Positions 1 through 12,120 of a stretch of DNA of 64,000 nt are shown here, in pieces. The translations under genes and the position numbers were made by a program. This DNA comes from Tricharina praecox. Lineage: Eukaryota. The notes beneath the pieces are model-generated. The model was not told where the DNA came from, did no database searches, and was given only the letters and a program-made list of their open reading frames with translations. The first letter of the stretch is position 1, and each line of letters starts with the position of its first letter. Location: NCBI RefSeq assembly GCF_024521635.1, contig NW_026250404.1:1984001-2048000 (forward strand), read 5' to 3'.

Positions 1-389
1 GGGTTGTAGACATCCCCCTCCGCCTGAGCGTCCCCATTGACCCGCACATCCCCTTCACCCACCTCCCTCGCGATCTGTTCCGCAATGCCCCCCTCAATCG
101 GCCCCGCTCCTTGCCCCGCAACATCCACGCCGATCGTTTCCTGTCCGCCATCAACTCCCGCGTACTCCCCCGCATACTCTCCGCCAATCGCCGCCGCATA
201 CTCCCCGCCACTCGCCCCCTCGCCTTCCCTATCGGCAACAGTCTCATACACAGACGGCGCAATCAGCATCCTCGCCGCCTCGATGGCGCACAGCCGCATT
301 TCGCCGCTTGTCGGTGCGGGTGCGGCGTCGTCGAAGCCGTCGAAGCCGTCGCCGCCGGAGTCTTCGGAGTCTTGGATTTCGAGGGGCAT
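1..389 (-). CDS. 5' part of an unknown acidic/Gly-rich protein, running off the left edge
   Basis: ATG at 389 follows a C/A-rich leader. The frame is open to the window edge: MPLEIQDSEDSGGDGFDGFDD...GGEYAAAIGGEYAGEYAGV...EGDVYN. No family recognised. Confidence 0.65.
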   Translation of the reverse strand, partial: MPLEIQDSEDSGGDGFDGFDDAAPAPTSGEMRLCAIEAARMLIAPSVYETVADREGEGASGGEYAAAIGGEYAGEYAGVDGGQETIGVDVAGQGAGPIEGGIAEQIAREVGEGDVRVNGDAQAEGDVYN

Positions 390-1210
390 TGGTCGTGTTA
401 TGTCGTGGCAGTGGTGGTGGTGTGGTGTGGTGCAGGAGAGTGAGGGAGGGGGAGGGGGGGACGTGTTGTGGAGTGGACCGTGGTTGGACGCGGCGGGACA
501 CGACGGGACGCGGCGGGACTAGGCTTCTTTGGGTGGCGTATGGAGGCCGTGGTCACTGGTTAGACGGGCGAGTGCTGGTAGGAGTGGATACGCGCAGGAG
601 AATGGAGGGAGGATTACGTAACCCGATCTCTCTCGCCCTCTCTCTCTCTCGAGGCAATGGCAGCAGTCAGCGAGGCACGAGAAAGACGCGTAGTGTTCGG
701 GTAGATACAGGCCCAGGCCCAGTACATTCACACGAAGATATGTGTGTAAAAGATCCTTCATCACGGGCCATCACACATCACATTGGCGAACCACTATCCG
801 TGCACGAACAATAAAATTAACAAGCCCATTGAACATCACGCACTTAGTCACGACTCACTTAGGGAGTAACGAAATATACAGCCTAGCCTGCAAAAGAGTA
901 GAAAAAAACCGTACACCTGCGCAATTCCCAACCAACACAGAAACAGCGCACAATTGAAGGAAAAAGCAGAATGAGAAGGAGAAAGGGGAAAAAAATCCAC
1001 GGCTCGCCCCGCCTTCAAGTAACAAGGGCAGCGAAGCAACAACACAGGTGGAGTGAAAACGCACACACAGAGAGCGAAAAACAGCTAGAGGTAGTAAGAA
1101 ATATCCAAGTAGTAAACCATCAGCAGTACTAGTTTAGGTCGACATTTTGCAGCGTATAATTGCGGTAAAAATGTCCACGAACCCGGCAGGTAACAATCCA
1201 CACCCAGCGG

Positions 1211-2465
1211 TTACTCGAAGGCGGAGAGAAGAATGCCCGAAAAATACTAGAGTTTCGTGAGTTAATGAAGTCGTTTGCGGAATTGATGGTGGTAAATGAC
1301 TCACCTCGCTGGCTTCCTTGGCCTGCTTCTCCTGCCACTCCTTCTCCCACTTGTGGACGTGTTCCTCGATCTCCCTCTCATCAGTGAGACCCTTCTTCCT
1401 TGCACGGGCTCTAAAGTTCGAAAGACGCGCCGACGTCTTCGCCTTCTCGGGATTCTTCTTGCGGTAGTCGGACGACGAGATTCTGTTGCGTTCAACGGGG
1501 GTTCCTTTAGGTTCTAGAGATAAGACGCGTGTCAGACAAAAAGAGACGCGATGTGAGACTTAGGTACCATGTATCTTACCCGCGTCGCGCTTCATTTCAG
1601 CATGAGCTTCGCCGTGCGACTTCTCGAACTCGGCCCTGTCAGGAAGTCCGCGCGTAGCATAGTACTTAAGGTGGTGCCAGAGAGACTGTCTCGGGTTCCG
1701 ACCGGTGAAAGTCTGTCCACACCCCTTGACTGGACAGCGCAGGTTGCCCTGTGGGCCAGGTGATCCTCCCGACTTCTCGACCCTACCCGAGCGCACGCGT
1801 GAACCTGGCGTCTTAGGAATCCTCGTGCCCTGCGGCGTCTGTGGGTCCTGAAGGTGTTCGGGGGTCGCAGTGTTGGAGGCTTCACCACCGTAGGCCGTAT
1901 CTATGATGCCGCTGTTGTTGTTGTTATTGTTGTTGCCGGTCGAAATGTGATTGGTAGTGGGGGTTTTCTTGACGTTTGTAGGCGACTTTTGCTTGGGCGT
2001 CTTTGGAATTTTCGCGGGCGGAGGCGTATCATTTTCGGGCTCGTACTCGCTGCCGTCGTCCGAGTACTCGTGGTGATCCGACATCTCGACATCGCCATCG
2101 TCGTCGAGTCCGGCAGCAGCGGCGGCGTCGGCGGCCTCGGCAGTGGTGGTGTTGTTGTCTGCACCACCCAGATTTTCGGTGACAGCCGCTTCTTCCGTAG
2201 GAACTTCCGGCACCTCGTCGGTCGCAGCACCCGCCACGGGCGCGGATTCATCGACCATTTCCATCGAGTGATTTTCGATGAGGTTGTTATCGGCCTCGAT
2301 GGTAGTGGTGGTAATGGTGGCCTCGACCATAATCTGGTCACTCGTTGTGGTGATGGTCGGCTGCTCGACGGTGGTGGTCTCGGTTGCGACAGTCTCGTCT
2401 ACGGAACGCGACTCCTCCTCGCCCATCGTGACAGAGACCGACCGGGCCTCGATATCGTCTGCCAT
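1211..2465 (-). CDS. Uncharacterised protein with an acidic/Thr-rich N-terminus, a C2H2-like zinc finger and a basic C-terminal helix (3 exons)
   Basis: The 301-aa ORF contains CPVKGCGQTF...LWHHLK. A GTAAGA donor near 1579 and TAG acceptor near 1514 give EPKGTPVERNRISSSDYRKKNPEK...EASE. A GTGAGT donor near 1306 and TAG acceptor near 1247 give YFSGILLSAFE, with TAA at 1211-1213. Confidence 0.75.
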
Positions 2466-4390
2466 TACTATGACGCGAAAGAGAGCGAGTGCTTTCTTGG
2501 AGGGGGTATGGGGGGTAGAGTGACGGGTGATGCAAAAAAGAGATGGTGATGGCTGATGACGGGTGGAAGGAGAGAGCGGAGATGGTGGGAAGGGGAGGTT
2601 GGAGCTAACAAGGTGGTGTGAGCGAGTGAGTTTTGACTTGGCAGACTAAATTTGTGGTTAGGGCTCACTCGAGGTCAGCTGGGGAAACGGTGGGTGGTGG
2701 GTGAGTGATCCAGAGGGGAGGGGTGACTTTTGCCGCGGGAACTTATCAAACCACGACCCCCACGAAAGCTACGCACATTCCCATCGCTTCGATCGGAATT
2801 AAGTAAACGAATCAACAAAACCAAGCGCTTTTCGCTCCTCGTTTATTATGCATTTGGATAAGTTCTTACTCACGTAAGCAAGTATTTCAGCAACTCCATA
2901 AATATGGGCCAGGCGGAACCGACCCTTGGCATCAAGTACCGGTGTTTTATCCATCATCCGGGTCAATGCGAGTGGTAATTCCGCGAGGTTCGAGACGTGT
3001 AAGAGGTATCATATGGTACCCTCTTCAGACAACTATGCCGTGGCGGATCAATCGGCCCCGTTTCGCAACACTCGGTGCATACTCCGGGCCTTCTGTGCTA
3101 TTATTTGGATCTTAATCGGAAGAATAATTTTTTTGGCTTTTATCTACATACGGTGATCCACTTTTCGGCGCGGATATCTAGGATAATCCATTCACAAAAA
3201 TCTGTATCCAGGATAGGTATGCAGGTACCTACCTCCCAGTCCACCGTGACCGAGTGAGAACTTCGAAAAGCTGGTGACGAGTAGGTAGGTACAAAGCATA
3301 TCAGGCTCATATCGTATTACACGATACATGGTCATTTGCATGTGAGGAACGACTTGTCCGCAACCTTAGACGAACCTTCTTCATTATTGCACCTTTGCGG
3401 AGCCGCTTTTCGCAGACCGCCCTCTCCCCCCTGAAGAGTTCTCGCCGGTGGTGATAGGGTAACCGATGCCATTGAGGGAGGGAGGGAGAAGAGTCGGCGG
3501 AGTTTTAGAGTAAGAGTAGTAGATCATGTTATCCGGAAAGCTACACACGTGAAATGCGCGTCCTGGAGAAAAAAACACGTCGGCGGGGGTTGAGCATAGC
3601 GATGAGTGGTTGCCAGTGTCGTGCTGCAACGTGACGTTAATAGGAAAAAAAACGTCACACCACGTGGTTGTAAGACCGCTACATGGTCTAGGATATTGAA
3701 CTTTGAAGGGTGTTCCTCCGTAAGTAAATTGTAATCTGTAGAGAAAACGCTGGTCTACAACTCGACCAAATACTCGACTCCAGTTATTTGCAGTACCGTA
3801 CGAATAAGCTGTTAGGATCTCGGATTCTCCGGTCCTTCAGAGTCCTTCGAGGAAAAAAAGAGAGTAGCCAGTCGGGGTTCTTGTCTTGTCGTGTCTTGCC
3901 TTGCCTTGAACGAACACATGATACGTCTACCGCAATCCGGGTAGATGAATCATGGTGGACCTGCCGGACTGTGTCATACCGGTATCATACACTGACACTC
4001 GGCGATGCACTCGGCGAATGATGTCTGCGAAGGTTGTCAGCTCCCGAATCCCGAGTGACCGAGGGCTCTACCTATCTAAAAGGTACAATATCGTCTCTTG
4101 CCGTATCCCATTTTGTGTCGACGACATCACAAACATCTTGCTCGGACAACCTTTCACAAGATGCTCACGCAATGGCGACCCTAGGATGCTGTAGGTTGTA
4201 AGTCCACATTGTCTCAAGAATAACCAGGAATTTCTCCCGCACATAAGTACACAAGTACAAAGTACGAACTGCAGCTGTATTTCAAAAGTAAAGCCTACCA
4301 GTAACAAGCAGTAGTCTATAGTAACTCTTGCAGCAAGGAAAATACGCAACAATCGGTAAAAACAACACTCCGACATCACATCACTCTTCT

Positions 4391-4435
4391 CATCCCCTCA
4401 TCCCCTCATCCCCTCATCCCCTCATCCCCCCATCC
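4391..4435. repeat. (CATCCCCT)n microsatellite, about 5 copies, just downstream of GDE1
   Basis: Tandem 8-mer seen directly. Confidence 0.9.
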
Positions 4436-4554
4436 TCCGCTCAAGCTATGTGCAGAGTGCAAGAACGGAAAGCCCATTACTGTACGTAGTACGTACCAAC
4501 CCCAAGAATGAAACGAAACAAAACGCCAAAACACCGCCAATCTAACCCGTATCC

Positions 4555-7500
4555 TTACACGACAACCGCAACCTCATCACTAGCAAGGGAAGTCGCGGCG
4601 ACTTCCTTGGTCTCATCGGAGCGGCGAAGCTCCTTGTCCACTGCCAGGACGCGGTCGACGATGAGCGCGTCGATGCCCTGTTCCACTTGCGCCTAAAAAC
4701 GGAGGGTGATTAGACATGATGAACAAGCGATGCTTCGAAGTGAGTGAGGAAACATACCTTGACGCTCTTCGCCTCGTTGTTCAGCGTGCCGTAGGTGACG
4801 CAGACCAGCCCGGTTTCTTTGACCACACTGTGCACCGGGTTAGCTAGCTGATTGTGAGGACGTCAGGGTGCGTCGAGGTGCATCAACATACCGGATGAGG
4901 CGTGGACACAAAACAAGCGGTTCAGCCGCGGAAACGATTCCGAGCAGATTCCACCTACTGGCGAACCGGATCGCCTCCTGGAGACTGGTGCTACGGATAT
5001 CCGACATCTCGTGGGTTCTACCCTCGGTGAGGAAGAGAATCGGTATCGACGGCTGCTTGAAAGATAGCAACAGACACACACCAGGGTTGAAACTAGAGAA
5101 TATGATATTGCGTCCTTTCATGTGGTCGTAAACAACCTTGAGGACGGTATCGACCCAAGCGTTCATCTCGATGACGGTAGCGTCCATGCCATGTTCTTCG
5201 GATTCCTGCAACGAAGGATATTCTGGCCACTGCATTAGCCATGCCTTAGATCCCAATTCCGGATGAACCTACTGAGTTCTATGTTGAATCCCACGTGCTG
5301 CGGCAGCGCCTTGAAGGTCTGTTCCAGCGTAGCAAAGGGACTCTGAATGCTGTGACCCCTACTATTTCCCTTGAAACCGTTCAGCTTGAATGCTCTAGAG
5401 AGTCTCATGCGTTCGTTGATATCGTTCTGGCGCCCGTCGGGCTCGTTGAGAGACATGGATCGGATTCGTCGGAGGTTCGGTGTGCGCACGCCCTCTGGTT
5501 CGTTGGATGGGTTGACGTTCTTGTTGTCGCTGCCCCAGACGCGTTCCGGAGAACCAGATCTGGAGTCGAGGTGAGCGGGCTCATCCTTCATGGACATGAA
5601 TTGCTCCAGCGTCAAGGTGTGAACCGGGACGTCAATGCCAGTCTCTCCAACAAGGAAGTCGTGGTAGATGACCGGAACATGGTCCTTCGTAAGTTGAACA
5701 TCTGATGGCTAATATTAGCGAGGAAGACCTCCTGGGGAAACGGTTCAAAAATACCAAACTATTGACTGTTAGCATCGATCAAATTAGAGATGAGGCAACT
5801 GGTTCTTACTTCGATATACGATGCACCTAATCGGTTGCGATCCCTACGTTAGCCACCATCCAGCCAGAAACCTACGATGGGCAACCTACCTAGCTTCGCA
5901 GCATGGATAAACGACTGAACATATCGATTAGCATTACATCCTAAAGACCTGTGGGAATGGTGAATTCATACCAGTAGAGTGTTTTCGCCAAGCTGCAATG
6001 ACTTTCTCGCAGGAAAGTTTTTGCCGAGACCTTTATGATGGTTAGGAAAAACGCCACGAACACGGGGACTCTATTACGCCAATCACCTCGGTGCCCGATA
6101 ACCTAGACGATACACATCAGCACTGCAAATCTTGCGGGATCGCGCCATATATAGTACTAACTCTGGGTGTTGTCAAGCTCTTCCAGTATGTGTGCTCTTT
6201 GGTAACTCCGACATTGGGGTGTTCAAATGGAGTAATGATGGTGAACTCGAAATTGACCGAGCCAATGACCTCCAAAGTGCTAACGGCCAGGATTGGAACC
6301 TGAATTCCGCCCTGCAAAGAAGCCCTCTTATTACCGAGCTCCGGTCTCACGGCGCCCAGCAGAGCAACCGCACGGCCGACGATGCGGTCTTTCGAGCCTG
6401 CGTACGTCGGGACGATGTCAAACATCACTTTGACCTTACCAGCATCGGTCGTCTCGAACAGGATCGGATCGTCGGTGGTAACATTGGCATGGACCGGAAG
6501 ATCGACGATCGTCGGTTCACCGGTCGCATTCTGTGCGGAAACAACCAACGAAAGCGCGGTATCTAGCTGCGTCGTGTGCGCCTCGTGAACGGGAATCTGA
6601 TCCAGCTTCACCGCCTGAATGTTCTTCCGCACGTCCATGCTGCCGAGAGTGATGAGAATCATGGTCTGTCCCTGCTTGAGATAACGATGGCCAAAGCTCT
6701 TCACCGTCTGCTGATGGCCAGTGGATACTGCAGGCGTGGAATCCGTGGGTCCCAGAGAACCTGTTAGAGAAACAGTGGAGATGTTCTTCTCGAAAGGAGT
6801 AGACGTCAATGGCGGACTAGAGGACAACGGAGGAGTGGAAGACGGTGACGGAGAAGAGACATAGCCAGTTCTGGGACTCTTCGAGCTCTTGGCGATCAAC
6901 ACCTTTGCCAGTTCAAGATGTCCTCTCAGAACGGCATGCTCCTGTGCAGACCATCCTGAAGAGTCGACCTTGTCAATCTCACATCCACCAATATCGATCA
7001 GTGCTTCCGCCACCTCTTTCTTTCCCTCGACGGCCGCAACGAATAGTGGCGTCCATCCGTAGGTCTTTTCGGTGAGCTCAAGGTCGGGCCGCTGGCTACT
7101 GCTACCAGCCATAAGTGCCTTGACACATTCGACATGTCCAAGCCTAGCGGCGTGGTGCAGAGCAGTTTCGCCATTCTCGTCTTGATAGTTGATATCCACC
7201 CCAGCCTCCACCAAGAGCTGCACGATTGCAACACAGTTACGCCTCGCAGCCATGACCAGCACAGCAGAAGATTTTGAGACCGTTTTCCGAGCCGAAACAA
7301 CTTGCTCGGTCGTGCCCACACCCCCATCCCAGTTCTCGGCCTGCAGAAGCGTCCTGGTAGTCTTCGGATGTTCCCCGATTACGGCCAGATGCAATGGCGC
7401 ATATCCATCTGCATCCTGCCAACTCGCCGAATCTATGCCATCGGACACGTCGAACTGGTCCCACTCGCGCATGTGCTTGATGATGAGCTTGCAAAGAACC

Positions 7501-8922
7501 ACGAATCCATACTGAGCGGCGTAATGCAGTGCCAGGCGGCCGTACTGGTCCCGAGCAGCCAGAGCTCCACGTTGCACAGGAAGTAGGCTCGACAGGATAT
7601 AATCGAGTAGCTTGACCGACTCGTCGTCCGGGGAGAGACGGAGTACTCCATCGCATTCAACTGCCCCCGTAGATGGTGGAGGCGCCTGGATTGGGGACTC
7701 GGCTGGAGTGATGAAGAGCTGCGGCGGCACCACGTTAAGCGAGGCATTTTCCATCGAGCTATCGCTCTCCGGAGATATCATCAATCCCTTGGTCCTGCCG
7801 ATCGAGATCACAAGTCTGTGGATGATGTTGCGCCCGTTGATATCATCCTCTTCGTCCAAGGTATCTAGTTTACCAAGAAGCAGCTGAATACACTTGAGAG
7901 ACTTGTTCGTGATGCACCGCTGTAGCAGGTTTTGCACCAATTTCCGGGAGATGAGCTCGCCTTGCGAGCCCTGTAAGATATCGGCGAGGGCAGATACGGT
8001 GTCGTCACGAATGCTCTGGTCAATGGCCTCCACAGTGTCCGTAGACAAACCGGCGGCAGCACCGGAAGACACGCGCTTGAGAAGAGGACGGCTGGAGAGA
8101 TCGGCTGCGCGGCTGTTCTCAGGATCCAGTCCTTCCGTGCCACCAACCTTTGAGAGCCAAAGGTTGACCGTTTGCATCATCGTCAAAGCCTCAATTGCCG
8201 AAGCAAACGGCTTCGGCAGGACCTTGGACTCAAGATATGTCCGTTGTACAGCCGAGTTCGTTTTCTTGTCAAGCCTTGTACGATCCAACTGTTTTTAGCG
8301 CAATCCCAGAATATGCCGTGGGTGTTTCGGGCGCTTACTTCTTCAAGATCTTGATAAATCCTCTCCGATTAACCTCGCCGTACCACTGGATCTTCCTCAA
8401 CATACTCCGGAGCTCCAAGAGAGCTCCCAAGATCTCCTCCATCTCGTCGCGATCAAGTCCATAACAATCCAGAGTTCTGGTGGCGGAGTCACTGCCGAAA
8501 TCCTCGCTGTGTACACTACCATTGGTGCTGATGTTTTCCGACGCAGGGGAAAGATCAAAATGGTCTTCATATCGGGATCTCAGCGACTTCAACCGGCGTT
8601 GTGCATCCGCCAGGCGCTTATTGAAGAAGGTGTCGACGGTCTCGATATTGCGGTCAAGTGCGAAGAGAAATACTTTGCATTGGATGTCAGCACGATGAAT
8701 CCCCTATATTCGTAAGGGGTCGCCCTTCCACGTACGCGCAAGGTCGAGAGTCTTTCCAGCCCGTTTCTCGTCGGCTGCTGTTTTTATGTGCTTCTTCAAA
8801 TCTTTGTAGTTGATGTAACTGGCGGACCATTCCGGTACCTGGTTCCGAGACAAGCTAAAGGCCAGTTAGAACCGAAGAGCATCTGGGCAGGGTGCAATGA
8901 CGTACTTCTTTCCAAACTTCAT
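4555..8922 (-). CDS. GDE1: Glycerophosphocholine phosphodiesterase Gde1 (SPX + ankyrin repeats + GDPD domain), about 13 exons
   Basis: SPX start MKFGKNLSRNQVPEW and YGEVNRRGFIKILKKLDK. Ankyrin repeats (GRLALHYAAQYG, GYAPLHLAV, GETALHHAARLGH, GWTPLFVAA). GDPD motifs VIGHRG...ENTL...IEFDVQLTKDHVPVIYHD and GFNIELKYP. Twelve GT-AG introns keep the frame. TAA at 4555-4557. Confidence 0.96.
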
Positions 8923-11900
8923 GATGGCAATGCGAGGGGTGTTGAGGTGTACGTGTTGTTGTGTTGTACTGTGTGATATCGAGTTCAATGGGTCTCAAAG
9001 TGTGTTTGGGGAGCAAGTTAGAGCTGGTTGAACGGGTGTATGGGATTCTGGGAGTGTATGGTATGGAGACAGAGGTCAATGGCCATTCGAAGGGTTTCTT
9101 TCTATTTCTTTTTTGGATCCTGACAGGGCCGGGAGCAGCTTATGACGGGAAGATAGAGCTCTTCTTGGCTGGCAGCAGATGGGGGGTAGGGGATGATGCC
9201 TTGATGGGCGATCACCGAACGTTCGGGCGGCCGATTGTTGATATTGCGGACGTTGCACAGAACAGTAAGCTGTCAGGGTCGTCGTCCCCAGCCAACCAGA
9301 GAGCTCTCAGGAAGCAACGTGCGTTTCTTAGAGGGGCGATGAGATAGCGATGGGGGGGCGGGTCCGGGGGAAGGAACTAGGCTTTTAATATGTGAGCAAG
9401 CAGAGCTTCCCGCAGCCCGGTCAGAAGGCAATAGAAAGGGAGAGGTCGGATTGAATCGGGGAATAGTTGAAGAGGAGTGGCAAGACGAAGGTGAGAGCTC
9501 GAGTCGGGGCTTATGTACGGGGGGGCATAGGTACGGTACCTTCTCGACCTGTGAAGGTCAGGCCGAAGTCGAAATCGATACGGCTTGACGGCAGGTGATG
9601 GAGGTGGTGGCCACCCTACTTTTTGGCCGGGCTTTGCTGCAGAATTCGCAACTAGAGGGGGAGCGAAGCTGCTGCTGCCCTGTGCTTTTTTCTCTTTCTG
9701 TTCTTTTTCTTTTCTTTTTTGACGAGGTGGGTTCGGACTCGTCTGGTTCGCCCGTCGCCGCCAAAGCTCTGTGCGGCAAGCAGGCACCCTGCGCAGCGTT
9801 CGTGACCGAGCATGTTGAGCTCCACTAGCGCGTCGGCAGCACGTCCTCCGGATCCATCGAATCGAACAATCCCAAACACTGTGCGTCAAGGGACCCCACA
9901 CCAAGCTTCCCCTCCTCCTCCTTCCCCTCCTCTTCCACCTCCTCCACCTCAACCTCCACCACCTCTTCCTCTTTCCACTCGGTCTCGCTTCAACCCTTCA
10001 CGATGTGGCTGGCGGCTCCCGGCTGTTTCCTCAAGAGGTTCTTCCAGCAGGCCATTCTCCTTCCAGAACGCCGACTGCGAGAATGTGTCCAGACATCCCT
10101 ACGCATGAGCTGTGCGACATCAACCGCCCCCCCTCCCCCAGCAAGCATTGAAGCCCGCACTCCACAATCACACTCGCATATGCAACCAGCCAACAACAAC
10201 GCGGCGATGGGGAATTCCTCAGTCCCGCCGGCAGACTGCAGCAGATTCGCTGTGAAGCTCCATGCGATGGCTTCCAGATCGCAAGGTGGAACGATACCGA
10301 TGTGCAAACGGCGAACCAGAGTACTTGGGGGCTTGAGCTACGACCCACTTGGGTACTGACACGGAATGCTCGCGAGCTCGAAGTCCACCCAGTGCAGGTG
10401 GGTCATCGTGCTCCCACCGCACCAATGGTCTTCTCGGTCATCGCCGCCCTCTCTTCTCCCAACACGGAACCTACGCGCGTGTCTCTTCGGCAAAACAACA
10501 CTTCGTGCCCTCTCCGCTCCCATGACGTCCTCAGCGCATCCACGTGAGTCCAAACGCAACCTACCAACCCCTCCAAAAAGAAAGGAAACACCGCCGGAGT
10601 TACTACATAGAGTCGAGTACTATTACAAGGATCGTGAGCGGTGACGGACATCCGAACGCCGTAGAGTGCCATAGTTAATCGACTCTCATGAACGAGGTAA
10701 TCCGTCGCGCGAGCCGGCCGGTTCCAGATAGGTACATACAGATGTGTAGTAGGTATCGTCGCTATCGCCGCATCCCTGGCCCAGCAGTATCTTCTGGCAT
10801 GTGGAGGCGATGTGTAAGGGCCCAGATGCGGGATGCAGCCTGACGATCAATTGCGGGCTTGCCAATCATACAAGTGCCTGCGGAGTGGTACATGTACATA
10901 TACGGTGCTATATACCTCGTAGTGGTATGTACCTCCCAGCATGCGTTGGACGATGGACATCGAAGGGTGTGTGCTATACAATATACGTACTCTGCTCGAG
11001 CTCTGTGAGCAGGTCCTCAGTTGGAGCTGTCTGGTGGGATTCTTCCTTCAGAGTTACCGGCCACTGTACTCCAGAGGATACCGTAATAGAGCAGAGTAGA
11101 GCTGTATTGTGACTTCTTCGATCCCGAATACGGTAGCGGCGGTGCTACTCCAAATCTCCAACAGCGGACTGCATCCGTCCGCTTGACGCCGAGATCCAGC
11201 TCGTGGAGTACTCTACTCTATCGACATCATACAAGGTAGATGCCGGACGGCTTCTCGAATTACCCATCATGCCTATCCCTCGCTGCTGTGGCATGGTGCA
11301 CAACTGCGGTTTCATCTGGTTGCTGCAAGATAGGGAGAATGCAGGCTTTGTCTTACGCTTCTCCCGTCCATTCGAGAAGCGAAACTATGTGCGAGCAAAC
11401 TCTATCCAGTCGACGTATGTATCGAAACGACACGACCCGACTGGACCGGACTGGGCAACACCAGCTCCAGTCGTTGTGCTGGCCTCTGGGTCGGTTGCTG
11501 TGTCCGCGGATGGTCGCCATACGACGAGTGTTATTATGATTGGGCTACAGTTGGTAGAGTACTCTATGTAAAGCATGTAAAGCATGTACCCAATGTATAT
11601 ACCTAAAGGCCAACGGACGCCTGGGCTTGAAAGGGTGGAGAGAATGAAACATCGTCCAAACTTGAATCGTATGGATGTACAAGATCGATGTCCCTGCTCC
11701 AATCCTCCATGTACTGCACTCTACTCTATCCCATTCACCTCAAGTCGATCGATTTCTTCATGGGGAAAATCCGCGGCAACCGGCGAAATCTCAAATAAGA
11801 ACTTCCATGGTGGCGTGGCGGACAAATCATCGAACGTGGAACCAAAGGTTGAATTGGAGTTGTCAGGTGAGATGCGGCTTAAAATTCCGACGGAATGACT

Positions 11901-12120
11901 AAGCACAAAATTTCGGGAGTGGACTGACGGACTTGAACGGCCACTGCGGCGAAAGACATCCCTCGCCGACATCCAGCAGCAGCAGCACCTTCACCCCACC
12001 TCCCCCGCACGGCTGCCGACTCGACTCCTTCGACTGCCCCCCCACCGTCCTGCTTCCTCCTCCTCGTCCCCATCTAATCGGCTTCGAAGACAGTGACATG
12101 GAGGTTGGGGACGCTTGGAA

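Noticed and set aside
37..814. Several plus-strand ORFs at the left edge, and similar antisense ORFs over GC-rich genes elsewhere
   Set aside because: These are shadow frames of real genes or of GC-rich low-complexity DNA.
2966..2997. Pol III A-box/B-box-like words (GAGTGGTAA...GGTTCGAGAC)
   Set aside because: Spacing is too short for a tRNA and no cloverleaf forms.
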